Below are positions 26,793 through 41,660 of a stretch of 64,000 bases of DNA, one piece after another (position 1 is the first letter of the stretch; each line of letters begins with the position of its first letter). Source of the DNA: Carcharhinus amblyrhynchos (lineage: Eukaryota). The translations under genes were made by a program, and so were the position numbers. The notes below the pieces were generated by a model. That model saw only the letters and a list, made by a program, of their open reading frames with translations. It searched no databases and had not been told where the DNA came from. Location: contig OZ336878.1 of NCBI GenBank assembly GCA_965287045.1, positions 104,594,001 to 104,658,000 on the forward strand, written 5' to 3'.

Positions 26793-27659
26793 TGGGTTTT
26801 TACCAAAATCCACCCTAAACCTCTGATACCTCACTTTGAACCTATGTCCCCTCTAGATCTGCCCTTCCAATAAGGGGAACAATTGCTCCTTACCCATTCT
26901 GTTCGTTTGACCATTCCTTGTACACTTCCTTGCAGCCCAAGTTACTAAGCACCATTGTTAACCACCCAGCCAATTTTTGTGTCATGCGCAAACTTACCAT
27001 ATCACGGAATGTTGTGTTATCATTTCTGTTCTTTCTTCAACTATGTCTCTTGACATGTCACACTTCCCTCTGTCAAACATGGCCTGCAACCCGATGCTTT
27101 TTGCTGCAATGCGAATGTCATCCAAGTAAGGCTTGGCCTTACTTCCTTGAAACTTAATACAGCTGTGCTCCATCTGATTTGTTCGTTTTACTATATAATT
27201 CTCTGCCTTTAGTCTGATAACAGTCGATGTCCCCTTCGCTGACAAATTAGTTTGGACGTCTCGCAAACAGCACCAGTAAAACCCGCAAGGTGTTAATCCC
27301 GCTCTTCTTCCAATGTAGACGATCCCGCTTGTACAGGTCCCATTTTACCCAGAAATTGTCCCAGTGATCCAGGAATTTAAAACCCTCCAACCTGCACAAA
27401 CTTCTGTCTTATTCTCATATTTCTGCGCTCGCTAACATGTGTCAATGCAAACATGAAAACAGTGACGTCCTGCTTTTTATAGACTATTGCCTAACTGCCT
27501 GAAATTCTTTATAGGAAATATAAAAAAAAATTATCTTTTGAATGGATTTAAAATGTCAGCGATGGATTCTCAGTGAGACATTTTTGCCCTCTTTGCTCAG
27601 GTGGTGAAAGGAGGGCCGCAGGAACTGTGGCTAGCAAGGAAGGGAAATGATACATTCAC

Positions 27660-28250
27660 TTTCGGAGCGAGAGGATTCGAGTTTAGGAATATAAAAATGT
27701 TACTGCAGTTGTCTGGGACACAAGATAGGTAACGCTTGGCGTAATGCGTGCTGTTATCCTTACCTGAGGAATGATATCCTTGCCATAGAGTGAGTCCAAC
27801 AGCGGTTTACCAGGCAGATCCCTGTGCTGGCGTGTCTGCCAGACGAGGAGAGAATAAGTTGGCTATGATTCCATTCACTGGAGTTCAGAAGAGCGAAAGA
27901 TAATCTCAAAATAACTGAGAAAATTCTAACAGGTTTAGAGTTTTAGATTCGAAAAGAATGTTCTTTGTAGTGGGGAGTCCAACATGAGGACAGCAGTCTG
28001 AGGTTAAGTCGTAAAACCTTTCTGACTGAAGTGAGGAGAAATTGTTTCACCCTTTCTGTGGTGAACGTGTGGACTTCAGCAACACGGAAAGTTGTTGAGG
28101 CCAAACCATTGTCTGATTTGTAGAAAAAATAGATACAATTCTTGGAGATAAAGCGATCAAGGGATATGGATTTTAGGCAGGATCAGAATATTGAATTGGA
28201 TGATCAACCACGGTAAAAATGAATGGCTTGAAAGTCCCAGTAACGTAATT
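27660..28250 (+). mobile_element. Decayed CR1 3' fragment
   Basis: Degenerate YSLEFRR/WN motifs and the 3' UTR sequence gggatatgga…gatcaacc. Confidence 0.6.
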
Positions 28251-29384
28251 CTATTCATACTTTCCATGTTTTTATTAATAGAAGCAGCGTATTTTGACTT
28301 ATTTTCCATTCTCATTTGTGTGAATTCCTCAATGGATCGGAAAATTGGGTGGAGTAATGAACTGCTGACTTATTATTTAGCCCTCATCAACATCAACTTT
28401 ACACTTCATATCCTCGTAATCGGGAGTGTAGTGGAAGCCAACGTTCTACATAAAAGGCGTCTTATGGAGTTTCTCCAAATAGGTGCACGACATCATGCTC
28501 AAATAAATATGGTTTTGACGCAACACTTCCTCCTTAGTGCTTGACATTGCTTCAATAGCATTCATGATCAACTCGTCCAATGCTTCGATACGTGCGTTGA
28601 GAGTTTGTATTAACGTTGCAGTGTTTTCGTTATATTTACAGGATATGAAAAAATACTTAATTTTCGATGAGCAACAGGTTTATACTAAGTGAATCCAACT
28701 CGATGACATGTCATTGAAGATATGAGAAATACAAATTTTAACCTATTTCAAACAAATTGCGCTCGATCGTCTTCAATGACTGTTCCTTTGTCAGTGAAAT
28801 TTGAAGACATGTAAAATTCAGGTTTTCAAAGCTTGCAAAATATTTAAAATTAACGTTGCAGCATCTCCACAGAAGTATTTCTGTCTTGCTTTATTAAATT
28901 TTATTGTAAAAAGAACTGGGTCTCATTTAAGTGAACATTGCAAACATATCTTCTCACAGGTTAAATACTGTATTTAATTGCAAGCACTACTAACGACTTA
29001 TTAAAGTTAATTTACAGAATATGAATCACACATCTTGTCCAACGTATCTGCAAAAAATGCATGTCCTAAGACAAGACTTTATCCAAACATATCTTAATGC
29101 CCTTTATCCCTTTCCATCTAAGACGGACGTTTAGTGACATTTATTCATTTCAAATGCTCACTTTGCTAGAACGGTGTAAACAATATAGACAATTTTATGC
29201 GATCCCTATTTAATTCATTTGTAACTCTAATTTGGTTATTGCCCCAGTTTTCTGCAGGTGCAAAATTAATTTTACTTTAATCCAGTAATCATTTTCCAAA
29301 CTTCACAGTCTTTTTTTTATATCACCTGCAGTCTCAGCTTTTCAGAAGGTCAGAAGTATACTCTTCGCATTCATTCGGGTATTG

Positions 29385-31330
29385 ATAAGAGTATAAGACC
29401 ATAAGATATAGGAGCAGATTTAGGACATTCGGCCTGTTGAATCTGCTCTACCAATAAATCATGGCTGATCGCTTTTCCTCCCGCCTTTTCCCCGTAGCCT
29501 TTCATCCCCTTACACATCAAGATTATATCCATCTTAGTCTTAAATATGCTCAGTGGCCTGACACCATCTTCTGTGGTAGTGAATTCCATAGATTCACCGC
29601 TCACTGGTTGATGAATTTTCTCCTCATTTCTGTTCTAAAGGGTCGGCTCTTATTTCTGAGGTTGTCCCCTCGAATCTTTGCCTCCCCTAATAATGAGAAC
29701 ATCTTCCCCACGTCCGTTCTACCCTGGCCTTTCAGTATTCTGTAAGCTTCAATACGATCTCCTTCCTTCTCACCTCCTTCATGTACAAAAATGCTATCAT
29801 CAAACGCTCCTCGTACATGCAGATTTTTATTCCTGGGACCATTTTTGTGAAAATCCTCTGGACTTTTTCTAGGGCCGCCACATGCTTCCTTAGATCCGGG
29901 GCCCAAAATTACTCACAATACTCCAGGTGTGGTCTTACCAGAGCCTTATAAAGTTTAATTCTAGCCCTCTCGAAATGAATGCTAAAATTGAATTTACCTT
30001 CTTATCAACGCATCCTGCTCATTTACCTTTATAAAATGCTGAAATACAACTCCTAAGTCTCTTGCATTTCTGAATTCTGGATTCGCTCCACATTTCGAAA
30101 ACATTCTACACCTCAATTCATTCTTTGAGTGTGCATAATCTCACACTTTCCTACATTGTATTCCATCTGACACTTCTTTGTCAAATGCGGTAACGTGTCC
30201 AAGTCCTTCTGCAGGTTCACCACATCCTCAATACTGCCTATCCCCCCGCCTGTCTTTGTATCAGCTGATAATGTCGCCAACATGCCCTCATTACCTTCAT
30301 CTGGATCATTGATGCATAAAGTGACAATTTGTGGTCCCAATTGAAACATATAAGATGAGTAGAGGTTTAGATAGGGTGGATAGTGATAGCCTTTTTCCTC
30401 GGATGGAGAAAGCTAGCACGAGGGGGCATGGCTTTAAATTAAGGGGGGGTAGCTACAGGACGGATGTCAGGGGTAGGTTCTTTACCCAGCGGGTGGTGAG
30501 GGATTGGAATGCCCTGCCTGCTGCAGTTGTAAATGCGTCTAGTTTGGGGGCGTTTAAGAGATCTCTGGATAGGTTTATGGACGAAAAGGGATTGGTATAT
30601 GCTAGTGGGTCATTGTTTTTGTAACTGGTCGGCGCAACATCGTGGGCCGAAGGGCCTGTTCTGCGCTGTAATGTTCTATGTTCTATGTTCTAATATTGCC
30701 TCCAGTACAAATTCACTCATCATTTGCTGCCATCCTCGAAAGGGTCCTTTTATTCCCACTCTCTGCCTTCTGTTAGTCAACCAATCTTCTGTATAACATC
30801 TTGGACTCTTACCTTATTCAACAGCTTCCTGTGTGGTATGTTGTGAAATGTCTTCTGGAAATCCAAGTAGATAACACCCAATGGCTCTTCTTTGTCCAAT
30901 CTGCTCATTATCTCTCCAAAGGATTATAAAATTGTTGTCAGGTATTCCCTCCTTTTCACGAAGCCATGCTGACTTCGCTCTATTCTTCCGTTCACTTCCA
31001 AGTGTTCCAAGATCTCTTCCGTAGTACTGACACTAAAATCATACTGACGACCAACACCAGGCTAATCGGCCAATAATTTCAAATCCTTTGCCCCCGTTTC
31101 TTCTTAAACATGAATGTTATGTTGGCGATTTTGAAGTATCAAAGATTTCCACCCCCACCCCTACCGCCAGCCCCCCCACGCCAAAGATTCCTGACAGATC
31201 AGCACTAATATCTCCACTATCCCTTTAGCTAGATTCTGTGGACCGAATGGTTTCTTTCTGCACTGCAGGGATTATATGACATTTTTTCATTCTATGGTTT
31301 TCTTCAGAATCCCACGTCGTAGTCCATCAG
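29385..31330 (-). mobile_element. Decayed CR1 LINE, host of a nested insertion
   Basis: Tail ataagaccataaga at the left end. ORFs 29601..29906 and 30113..30349 (ADTKTGG…QMEYNVGKCEIMH). Confidence 0.8.
30341..30691 (+). mobile_element. Young 5'-truncated CR1 3' fragment nested in an older CR1
   Basis: Uninterrupted IETYKM…TRGHGFKL…FFTQRVVRDWNALP, 3' UTR, and (ATGTTCT)3 tail. Confidence 0.9.
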
Positions 31331-31451
31331 ATCTATGTTGTTTATCTACCTTAAGGTGCCACGTCCCTATGATTCCCAGAGCATCATAACTGCTAATTTT
31401 GTTTTGAGTTACAGGGTCATTTGTGTATGTTCATATATTGTACACATTCAA

Positions 31452-31592
31452 ATACAATAATGCCAGTCCTGAATTAGTCACCCCCTTCCAAATATCGTCC
31501 TGTTTTCTGCTGTCCTGACTGACATACAATAATGCCAGTCCTGAATTAGTCACCCGCTTCCAAATATCGTCCTGTTTTCTGCTGTCCTAACT
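31452..31592. repeat. 72-bp period tandem duplication (2 copies)
   Basis: atacaataatgccagtcctgaattagtcaccc(c/g)cttccaaatatcgtcctgttttctgctgtcct(g/a)act at 31452 and 31524. Confidence 0.95.
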
Positions 31593-34500
31593 CTTTCCAA
31601 ATACTGTTATTTGTTTTGGAGACTTTAATAACCTTTCCTGAGCTCTCATTTTTTAATAGTTTTCCATGGAGTTGAACACCCCCCGCCCTCCCCCACCTTC
31701 CCTACCCGCACACACACACATGGTAACCTGCTGTTTTGTTTCCCACTGACCAGAATAGTTCCTGTAGTTTTGCCTTTACCTTACACCCAAATGCAAGGTT
31801 AAAGTCATTGTGACCACACTATGCATCCATTCCATTAGAACACCGGTCTTACACCGGTTCGGGGGGAGAGTCTCAAAACTACAGCTCCACCATTTTCTAA
31901 TACTGATGACATTGGAATCCCTCTTTCCCCCCACAGCTTCTTTAGCCACCTGCTTACTTGTCTAATTTTCTCAACGAAATGCCAGTTTCCTCGTAGGTCG
32001 GGGAGTAACCCCAAAATTATAACACTTGATGACCTATTCTTTTATTTAGTTCCTAGTTCTGATTAATGCCCAAACAGGTTGGAACTTCGTATAGCTTAGG
32101 TAACTCCTGTGAATATATGTTTTTTGCACCTCTTCAGGATGTCTGTTTTTTTTTGTAATACGAAGCTCAGAAATACACAGCGTGTCCGCGTATGTATCTT
32201 CTACGAAAGTTTTTGTTTCAATTTTCATTCCATTATCCTGGATTCCAATTCTAACATTCGATGAATGAACCTCACTGATTTATTTGCATGTATGTTACTT
32301 GATTCAACTGCATTGCTACTTCTGATGGTTGGTGAATGTGAAGGATTTGATATTTTTGTCGCATTGACTGATTTGGCCAATGGTTGAGATAATTGTGTTT
32401 TCTTTACTCTTCTTTGCCGCCACCTATTTTAAATAACAAAAGTTATTGAATATTTACAAGAGAATTCTACGTTCTTTCATAAGGCCCATGAATGTGGAAG
32501 GATCACGTTCTGCCCTGATTCTAATGCTAACACACAATAAAGGAGCAACGCCAGTGTAGTCAAACGTCTTTAGGCTGCTCTCAAATGTTACCTAAAGCAC
32601 AATTTGGCATCGCGCAGCATAAGGAGATTTCGGGGCCAATGCTAAAAACACGTTCAGGTAGCTACGGTTTAAGGAGGATCTTAAAGCAAGAAGATGAACA
32701 GAGTTATAGAACGATGTAGAATGGTTATTCTACATTCTGGAGTCTTTAACTGCTGAAGGATCGAACATTATTCGTGGAAGAGTTACTTTAGGACAAAAAG
32801 AAAGAAACACAGATGACCCCAAGGTTGGGATCTAGATTTGAGTGGGCAGTTAAAATAATTAGGATGAGCGAATGCAGGCAAAGGATTGCAGGCCTGACCG
32901 GTAAGGGGACTTGTATTTATAACACAAAAAAAAGGTTTTGTAAATACTATAGTAATTGGTGGGTAGAAGGGGAATGGCTGAACAAGCGCATAATGGGGAT
33001 GTCAAGTCAAAATGTTAAGAATACTTAAGGTCGTGTATCAACATCGTCATCATGATGTGGTTCCCCAGTGTTTCACAGGCATTAAATTGAGGTAGGGACA
33101 GAGTCAGGCGACGTAATAGAGGTGAAAACAAAAGATATTTATAACGGCTTGGATTATGGTCAAAGCTGATGTCGAGGTCAAATATGGCTGCAAATTTCAG
33201 AAAAGTTTTGGAACATGACTTCGTTGCCCTTGGTAGTAAATCAATCGCTAATTGGGTAATGAACTTTGTGCATACAACCATACGCAAGGGTTTCTTGCCT
33301 TTATAATTTATCATTTATAATTCCTATTGAATTGAGAAATTGCGCACAGCTTGATCAGTTAGAAACAATGTCAAGTTCTTCAGATTTTCTGGCCATACAT
33401 ATCTTAGCTGTTTAAACAATTACGAGGAGACTGGCTCTCAGATAAATCACTTCAAGATGCCAACGAGAATTTCAAGAATACGTATTTTTTTACTTTGAGA
33501 ATGAAGGCAGTAAATGGCGGGTGGGGATTAGGCAAAGACATGTGCGACGAAATTGTTTGTCTAAAGGAAGCAAATGTGTTAGCATGCATGGCATGGAAAA
33601 CTGTTGCAGGAGGTTGGTAACGTCTTCATGCACTCCCGTCCCCAACTTTCTATCATCCGCAACCTTTGGAATTGTATCCGCCATTCTTGAGTCCAAATTG
33701 CTGATGTGTCAATGAAATAGTCAAGCAAACTAAATGTTCCGTTTATCAAGTTAATTTCACCTCTACATCTATTCAGTGGTTTAGCAAGAATGAATACTGC
33801 TCAAGTACTCACTTGGCACCCCTTTAGAATATATGAAAACATTTTCTTTGATGGTTATGTTACATTTGCAAAGTTCATAGTTTGTGTTCTTTTCGTGTGC
33901 CTTGTCAAATAAGGCTGAAACAACAACTTAAAATGTAGACGGATTTAACAATTGGGATTTCAGGCTTAGCTCATCAAATTAATCTTGATCAATATTTCTC
34001 CATAATTATTTTAAGGCATTTCGTTGCACTTTATTTTATTTCAGGGACACGGAAGGTTATGGTCCTAGACTGAATGCATATGGGAGAGTTGACGATATGT
34101 TGGCCACCATAGGTCGGAACAGAACTGCGCTTCATATTTTAAAATCCTCCCCTAGATTTCTGCCCAGTCATCTCTTAAAACACGGTGCGGATGAGTAAGT
34201 TATTATTATGGTGGCACTTGATTGACCTACTAAATTTCTAAAGTTTGGGAGGCCGCTTCGCTATGGAATGATGGGATTGCCAAGATCATTAGCATCGTAG
34301 ATAATCGAGTTATTTGTCTATTGACAGATATTGGAATGACCATTTCGAGGTGAAAATGAATATTTCCAAATTTATATGGCCTTATTGTCTTAGAATCCCT
34401 ACAATGCATAAGGCGCCAATCGACCCATCCAGTCTTACCCTGGCATGATCCCTCTAACCCCACGTATTTACTCCACTAATGCCTATAACCTACACATCTT

Positions 34501-34873
34501 GTGATACTAAACAACTTAGTACCGCCAATATAACTAACCTGCACATCTTTGGACTTAATATTCTATATTCACTATTAATTGCTTTATATTATTGAGCATT
34601 GCACATGTTTACAAAAATATGCAAATTGGATTCAGACTGTTTCTTGACTCTGTACATTATTATTATTCATTCCTCCACATCAACAACCACCACAAAACTC
34701 CCTACTCTTTCTGTTTTCATTCAGTGTCTACCCACTTGTGCTGACTTCACATCTCAATTAAAGCATTTTCATTCAATCATCCAATCAACCCGGTTAAAGA
34801 AAATCTCTGTTTTGAACAATTGGAATTTCGCTCAGAAATGATAAAAAAAGGATGAACCTTTAATTTTTCTTAC

Positions 34874-34900
34874 CCTGCACTTTACTTTTGAACTGAGCTT
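34874..34900 (-). CDS. 27-nt phase 1-1 microexon, (E)AQFKSKVQ
   Basis: tattgtttgcag|AAGCTCAGTTCAAAAGTAAAGTGCAGG|gtaaga. F4/K7. Confidence 0.8.
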
Positions 34901-36329
34901 CTGCAAACAATATTTAAAATGTCAAGCTATTACCCAGATATGCGTTTGAAAATACAAACATAGTTTCCTAAAATTACTCAGCCAGCCAGGCATGTTTAAT
35001 GATAAAACGGAACAGCTAATCGTTCCATCTGGATGATATGCCATCTCAGACATGAGGTCCTGCCAGATCTTTTAAATGCAGGCTGATTTGATTGTTTTGA
35101 ATTCAGTTGCAACTGCAGTAGTTGTTCATCTATATTGTGGGTTATATTTCTCCAAGTATGGTCATTCGATTATAAAGGCTGATTGAAGCCACCAACTGTT
35201 TTACATTGATTGAACCTATTTTTTTACGCAAGATCGGTGAACCTGTGAAAACTACAGCTCATGTTGACTGAATACCTTGTGGTTTATATGCCATACGTTA
35301 GTTGTCCATGTCTCCAGCTGAAACATGACAGGAAATATATAGAAATACTCTTTTCTCTTTCCCATTTTGAATGAATGTCTCTTCCTGAAAGTTTTCAATT
35401 ATGGATAACAATTCAATTCTTGCTAGCAATTGTCAATCTCGTATATATTGTAGAAATACATGTCCATTTCTGGTCCAAAACCCCACAAACAGCGAGGAAA
35501 TTAACAGCCAATTGATCTACTAATCCAGTTGCGTGCTATTAGTTGATAAAACTGTACTCTGGTATCAGTTGCAATCAAGTAATAATAACACAATCGATTA
35601 TTTATTACTGTGTTACACAATGAATTTTTCGCGCATGCAATAGGGACATAAAGAAAAAAAAGGACAGAAAACATATTCCTCGATGACCACGCAATGACTG
35701 AGATCAGAGTTATTAATAAGACAAAACCTATGCATTTGCAGGAATGTTGTTGATTATTTCACCAAATCGATGGTACATTGTTGGTTTGTATCATCCATTT
35801 AGCCAACATTGATCAACTAAGACTTCTTGAAAACTCTTTGAAAAAATGCTGGACTGATATAGAAAATAATTGTAATGAGACACGTTATTGCCAAATATCC
35901 CCATTGCATTCGTGAAAAATAACTACAGGTATGTTGGCAGTCTGAGGTCACTGAAGAAGATAGAGTTTTATTTCGACCAGGAGATCTCCGCACAACTGCT
36001 TCCGTTCTTCGTTTTCATCATTTAACCATGGCAGGACACATTTAGTATGTGGTCTATTGCATGAACTTTCTTTGACACCAATCAACTGCAATTGAAGTGA
36101 TGTTTGAATTATGTGTAAGTGTTGACAGTACAATTAACAGCACTAGTGTGGTAAAGATCTATTATGTTCTCCACCCTGAATAAAGTTGTATGGCACATAT
36201 ACAACAGAGTATTGCTTTAGCTTTCTCCAGTCAGTCAAAAAAATAGTTTCCCCTTACTGTATTCTCAATAAATTATCTACAACAGGTTGCGTACCGCAAG
36301 TCTGTCTAGGTAAATTAATATAAATCGTG

Positions 36330-38740
36330 GCAGATTTGTGAAATAAATTTTAGCACGTGACTCAGGTGGACAGTTGAAATTCGATGGGATTCAAAAACGC
36401 ATATGGCATATGCATCAAGTCGTTTTTTTTCACTGGTTAGGAATAGCTGCAAAACATTGCCGCTGTTGGAAACCCAAATAAAAAGGAGGAAGTTTTGGAA
36501 GAACGTACTAGCTTTGTCAACATCTATGGAGATAGTAACAAAGTTAGTGGTACCAGTGCAACATGATACTCCTTTAAAGCGCTTTCTCTCTGATTTCCAA
36601 AAGATAAGCGACATTGGCCTCCGAATATTAGCTGTGTTCCTCTCTCCACAGTTGCTGTCAGACGTGATGGAAAAGGGGACTTGTTTTCTCCAATAGTTAT
36701 AAGACATATCTGACCGTTTTGGGGAGGGGAATTTATGACTGGCAATATTCGATTATGGTGAGTGAAATGCCAAACTGATTTCCCAGTTATTTTACCACAG
36801 ATGTGCATAAAGAGGTTCCTGATTATACTGCACCTAATTTTCTAAAAGGAATTTTACAAGGGGCCACGTCAGAAGTTGTTGAAAAAGAAGTCCATGTTAT
36901 TGAGATACCATATTCGCATGGAAAAAGATGGGCAAGCTAACAGTAGTTCTCACAGAATTTTTTTTTCCGCTGGCAGGATGTAAAATGTTGTGTGTCACAA
37001 CATTACTGTGCCCTTAACATTATTACCATTAATTTAGATTATTAAAAAAGAAGGGGAAGAAGTGTAATGCTGATACATTTTCTGAGAACAAAACAGATAC
37101 CTAGGAAAGTGCGATTTGAAGCACACATTAGTTTAGTACGAAGGGGCAAGCGTCGTACTGCTGAGAAAAGAAACATGTTGCAGATCTTGGCCATGCATTC
37201 ATTAGGCAGATCACTGAAATATGATGAGAAAAGAACGGTTGAAACTATGAAAATGGCCTACTGTTTGATGGGCAAGTGGACTGATTTTTCGAGGTTTCGC
37301 CATGGAGAATGCGCCAGGACATGGCGATTGACAATTAATTATTTGGAATTTCATGAAACTGGGATGAGGCAGCTTGAACCGAGAGAATGAATCAGCAGAT
37401 GGGTGCAGTATGTTTTCTTTAGCTGAAACAGATGCAATACGTGTACCTGCTATTTTGGCTTGCAAAGAGCACGTTATGTCTATGAATATTTGCAGCGTCC
37501 CTTACATGAAATGCCCCATTGTGCAAGAACGACTGTTAATTTTTAAGTTCTTGTCAGTGCAGTTCTAGCAAGCTGATCGTCATTTAGAAAATCGTTTGCA
37601 ATCATGGAATCTCACCTCACGTTAAACAATATATTTTGAGTTCCGCAAACGTAAGCTGGGAGGGTACGGTCTGCATTTATCGTAGGTGAGTATTGTGTGC
37701 AACGATCTGGCAAAGGAGTGTATATTTGAAACATGTTACATTGTTCAAAAAAGTACATTATCTAAATTGTCAGAAATTAAAGCGCCCTAAGTAAGGGCGG
37801 ATCCGGGTGTCACAATGCCTGAACCAAAAAATGCTACTGTGCAGATATAGCTTGTAATTAACAAAGGTATTATGGCGTTTATTTTGTTTTGAGAGGAATT
37901 TATTGTGAAGCGACTGAGGTCATTTCAAGTTGCATATCGTACTGGTGAGGCCAATGTGAAATATTGTGTGCAACAAGTCTCGATATATCTGGATATCCAG
38001 CCAAAGACTTAGAGAAAGTTCATGGAAAGTTTACAAGTCTAATACCGGAATTGGCGGTTTGGCTTTTCAGGAGCAATTAGGCAGTTTAGAATTGCATCCG
38101 TGGAGGTTTACATATGGAGATGCGACTTATTTCATACTGTAAGGCCCTGAAGGATCTCGACGGTGGCTGTGAAGAGAACGTTTTCCTTTTGTGCGGGAAT
38201 GCAGATCTCCGTGTCACGGTTATAAGTATAAGGACAATAGAACATATGATGTCGGAGCAGAAGCCGGTCAATAGTCCTCTCGAGACGGTTCGTTCATTCA
38301 GTGAGTTCAAACTAATCCAAAATGGTACACTTGAACTCCATCTTCGCACCTTATTCCCATATCACGTCCCTCAGTTATTAAAACTCTGCTTATCATGTCT
38401 TGAGCACATTTAACGACCTAACCTCCACAGCCCTCTGCGGTGAATTTAATAGATTTGAAATAACAAAATACTCCTGATGTCTCTTTCATATGTGTGGACA
38501 TCTTCCACTGAGATAATTCTCTATGTTCCTGGATTCTGTCACAAGGGGAAGCCTCTTGGCATCTAACCTGTCAAGCATCCCTATAAGCTTCATCATCCTA
38601 GTTCGGACGCCTCACATCCTCCCTAACTACAACATGCCCAACTACTGATCCTCTCTTCATAAGAAAATCCTCCCATACGCGGAATCAGCCAAGTGAGCAT
38701 TTTCTTGACAATCTCCAACACCAGTACATTTTTCCTTAGA
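36330..38740. mobile_element. Very decayed CR1 fragments (+ strand to about 38260, then - strand)
   Basis: Remnant motifs such as tttctaaaaggaattttacaagg (FxKxFDK-like) and gaaatattgtgtgcaa (EYCVQ). ORF 38623..38820 ends LIPRMGGFSYEER. Confidence 0.55.
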
Positions 38741-39125
38741 TACTTTCCTCCTGCATGAATACAAACGTAATTGTTATGTCGGGAAAGGACATTTGACGTA
38801 ATAATGTCAGAAATATTCATACAAAATTGGCTGTCTGTTTAAAAACCTGTAGTAATCGATTTTACATAGAGTGTATATACTTTAAACCAAGACGTTCTAC
38901 CTTCGCATAATAACAGTGATATAAATAATTATTGTTCATTTCTACATCTAATAGGAAACTATCAACACAATGCCAACATTACTATGCAACATACAGCAGT
39001 CAATTCCAGTGAAACGATTCCATTCAAATCCGAGGGATATAATTTTCAATATTTGCGACAGCAAGTATTTAAAAATTTCGATTACAAAGGTATTAATGAA
39101 GTCAAGAAAAACGAATAAGTCCTAC

Positions 39126-39152
39126 CTAGATTCTCTATAGTTGTTTTGTGCT
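39126..39152 (-). CDS. 27-nt phase 1-1 microexon, (E)HKTTIENL
   Basis: tattctttatatcag|AGCACAAAACAACTATAGAGAATCTAG|gtagga. Counterpart of 1379-1405. Confidence 0.75.
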
Positions 39153-40389
39153 CTGATATAAAGAATACATAATGTTAATAAAATTATCAACGACTTTAAT
39201 TAGCAATGAGGCGTTTCTCTTGAACCCATACCGCCAATCCTACAGAACACAGTCTTTGTTTATTTCAGAATAGATATTCGGACCAAAGGGTCCGAACATC
39301 TACTGATGCCTCCATATTCCGTGTGAAACATGTTTCAGGTGAAAAAAAAAATTGCACGATGTTCTCTCCAGATTTGAAGACTATGAATAGCTCCCAGGCT
39401 ATCAGGCGCGTGTTTCGACTTGCAGACAAAAAAAGGTTTGCACGGAACTAAAATAAATTATTTGGTGACATTTCAAGAAAACGCAAAAAACACAGTTAAT
39501 CTGAAAATAAAGATAAGAAAAAAATAAGCTTTTTTGATTCGCAGGATCAGATCTCTTCATGGACACCTCTGTTTTCAAATTCAACATCGATTTGCCTTGT
39601 CAATTTGGCGATTAAGCTCGTCTAATGGTTCAGTGGAGCCACAAAGTATGTGACCACGAATTGATCATGCCACTTAATGAAAGATGGCAGTAAATGTGTA
39701 AACTTATCACCTTATCATCTGAAACAAAATACTATTTTTTTCTACTGTGTGCGATTAATTCATAATTAATATTGTGGTTTCTGAAGTCCATCCCCCCCCT
39801 CCCCAAATGGATTGTCTGCATTCATATTGTGATCTGCTCCGAAGTTTTCCGAATTAATTTTCCTTTTTTTCAAATACTATTTTTATTGTTCGAGCCAGTT
39901 CTTTGGCAACGCCATGCACTGCTGATTTTATAATCCCAGAAAATTGATTTCAAAACATTTAGTAACATTTTTCTTAGATCATTGGGTTTATAATAGGGTC
40001 CTAAGCAAGCCTGCCGAAATATTACACCAATAGTTGATGAAGGCACATTTGGAATCGATTTGACTCGCACCAGATGACAGCCATAAATGCAGCCAGTTTG
40101 CCGTAAAAATCGCAAAGTATGCAGAAAATGTAACCTGGCGATAAAGTGCACTACTTCGACACAATACAGAATTTAAATGAATACCTTTGAAGAAGAAGCC
40201 AGTCAATAATATGACGCATGAAAACCTTTATCGTTTCGGCGGTAGTTTTCATTGACAAAAAAGTAAGCAACTTGTGTGAAGAATTATCACATTGTTGGGC
40301 CAAATGACCGGCTCCTGTGCGCAATGAGGGGGTCATAAACAGTTCTATAAAATGACACTCGCTTTCTAAAACCGGAACATGGATCATGA

Positions 40390-41660
40390 GATTCGATTCT
40401 GTTACAGTACATCTGTTCCTGACCCCATTATAACCTTGGTCAAATCTGGAAACAAAAGATTAAACACTGGAGGCGAGTTGAGCGTGTCAGCTCTTGACAT
40501 CAGGGTAGCATTAAACTGAGTATGACATGTTTGAACCCTAGCAAAGCTGGAGTGCCTTGGAGTCATGGTAACAACCATTAGTTCCATTAGTTGGATTCAT
40601 ATCCAGCACAATCATGGATGGTTATGACAATTGGAAGTCCATGTTCTATGCATGACATCACTGCAGGAAATTCTCAACGTAATTTCCTGGGCCAAATAAT
40701 CTTCAGTTGCCTCACGAATTACGTTCCTGCTTCAAACGTGCAGACATTTGGATGTTCAGTGAGGATTGCATAATGTGCACCACCACATACTGAAACGATT
40801 CATGTCCAAATGCAACAAGATCTGGACAACATCCAGGCTTTCGTTGATAAGTGGCAAGTAAATGTCGCACCACATAAGTTTCAGGCAAAGAACATCTCCA
40901 AATATAAGTGGTTCTGACCATTGGCCCTTGGCATTCAATGCCACCAAAACCCTCACTAACAAAATTCTGGTAGTTCTTGTTCACCAAAAAACTGACCTTG
41001 ACGGAACGTAGAAATATGTTGTCGACATAAACAGGCCGGAATCTGGAAATAATAGCTCCCATAATGACTCCCTGAAAGCTTTTCACCATCTAGTTCAAGT
41101 TTTTTTTTGGTTTATTTATTATGGTAAAGGTAGGCTTACGTAAATATTGCAGTGAAGTTTGCATTATGGAAGGTGTTATGGAAAACCCTCCAATGGTCTG
41201 AATGGTTGTCGCTTCAACAAAATTTAAGGAGCTTGGCACTGCCTAAGACAGAGCAGTTTGATTGAATAGGATCCAACTGATGAACATTTACTTACTCATG
41301 ACAGATGGAAAATGATAGCAGGATGTTGCACTCTCAAGGTGCAAAAACAACTCAGCATGAATCATTCGCCAGGTAATTTCTAATCAATATCCCCTACCAT
41401 CTAGAAAGTCAAATGTGACAGATAATTGCGACGACCAAACACTGGAACATTCACTCCAAGTTACTCAACGTCTTAATTTAGAAGTGTATAACCTTTCCTT
41501 CAGTGTCTCTGGATTAAAATCCTGGAATTTTCTGTTAACCACATGGAAATCCAACGGTTCAAGAGGGCAGTTCTCGCGTCTCTACTGAAGGCCACTGAGA
41601 GGTGAGAATAGATTTTGGGCTTGGCAGCGCGTCCAACATCCCATGAATGAACTGAAAAGA
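40390..41660 (+). mobile_element. Decayed non-LTR retrotransposon (CR1/L2 group)
   Basis: Remnants gctcttgacatcagggtagca (ALDI-A-F) and atgcaacaagatctggacaacatccaggct…aagtggcaagta. Related pieces lie at about 47130-48540 (+) and 60050-61350 (-). Confidence 0.55.

Noticed and set aside
35276-35318. Approx. 42-nt AG/GT-bounded segment
   Set aside because: TAA in phase 1 and no heptad character.
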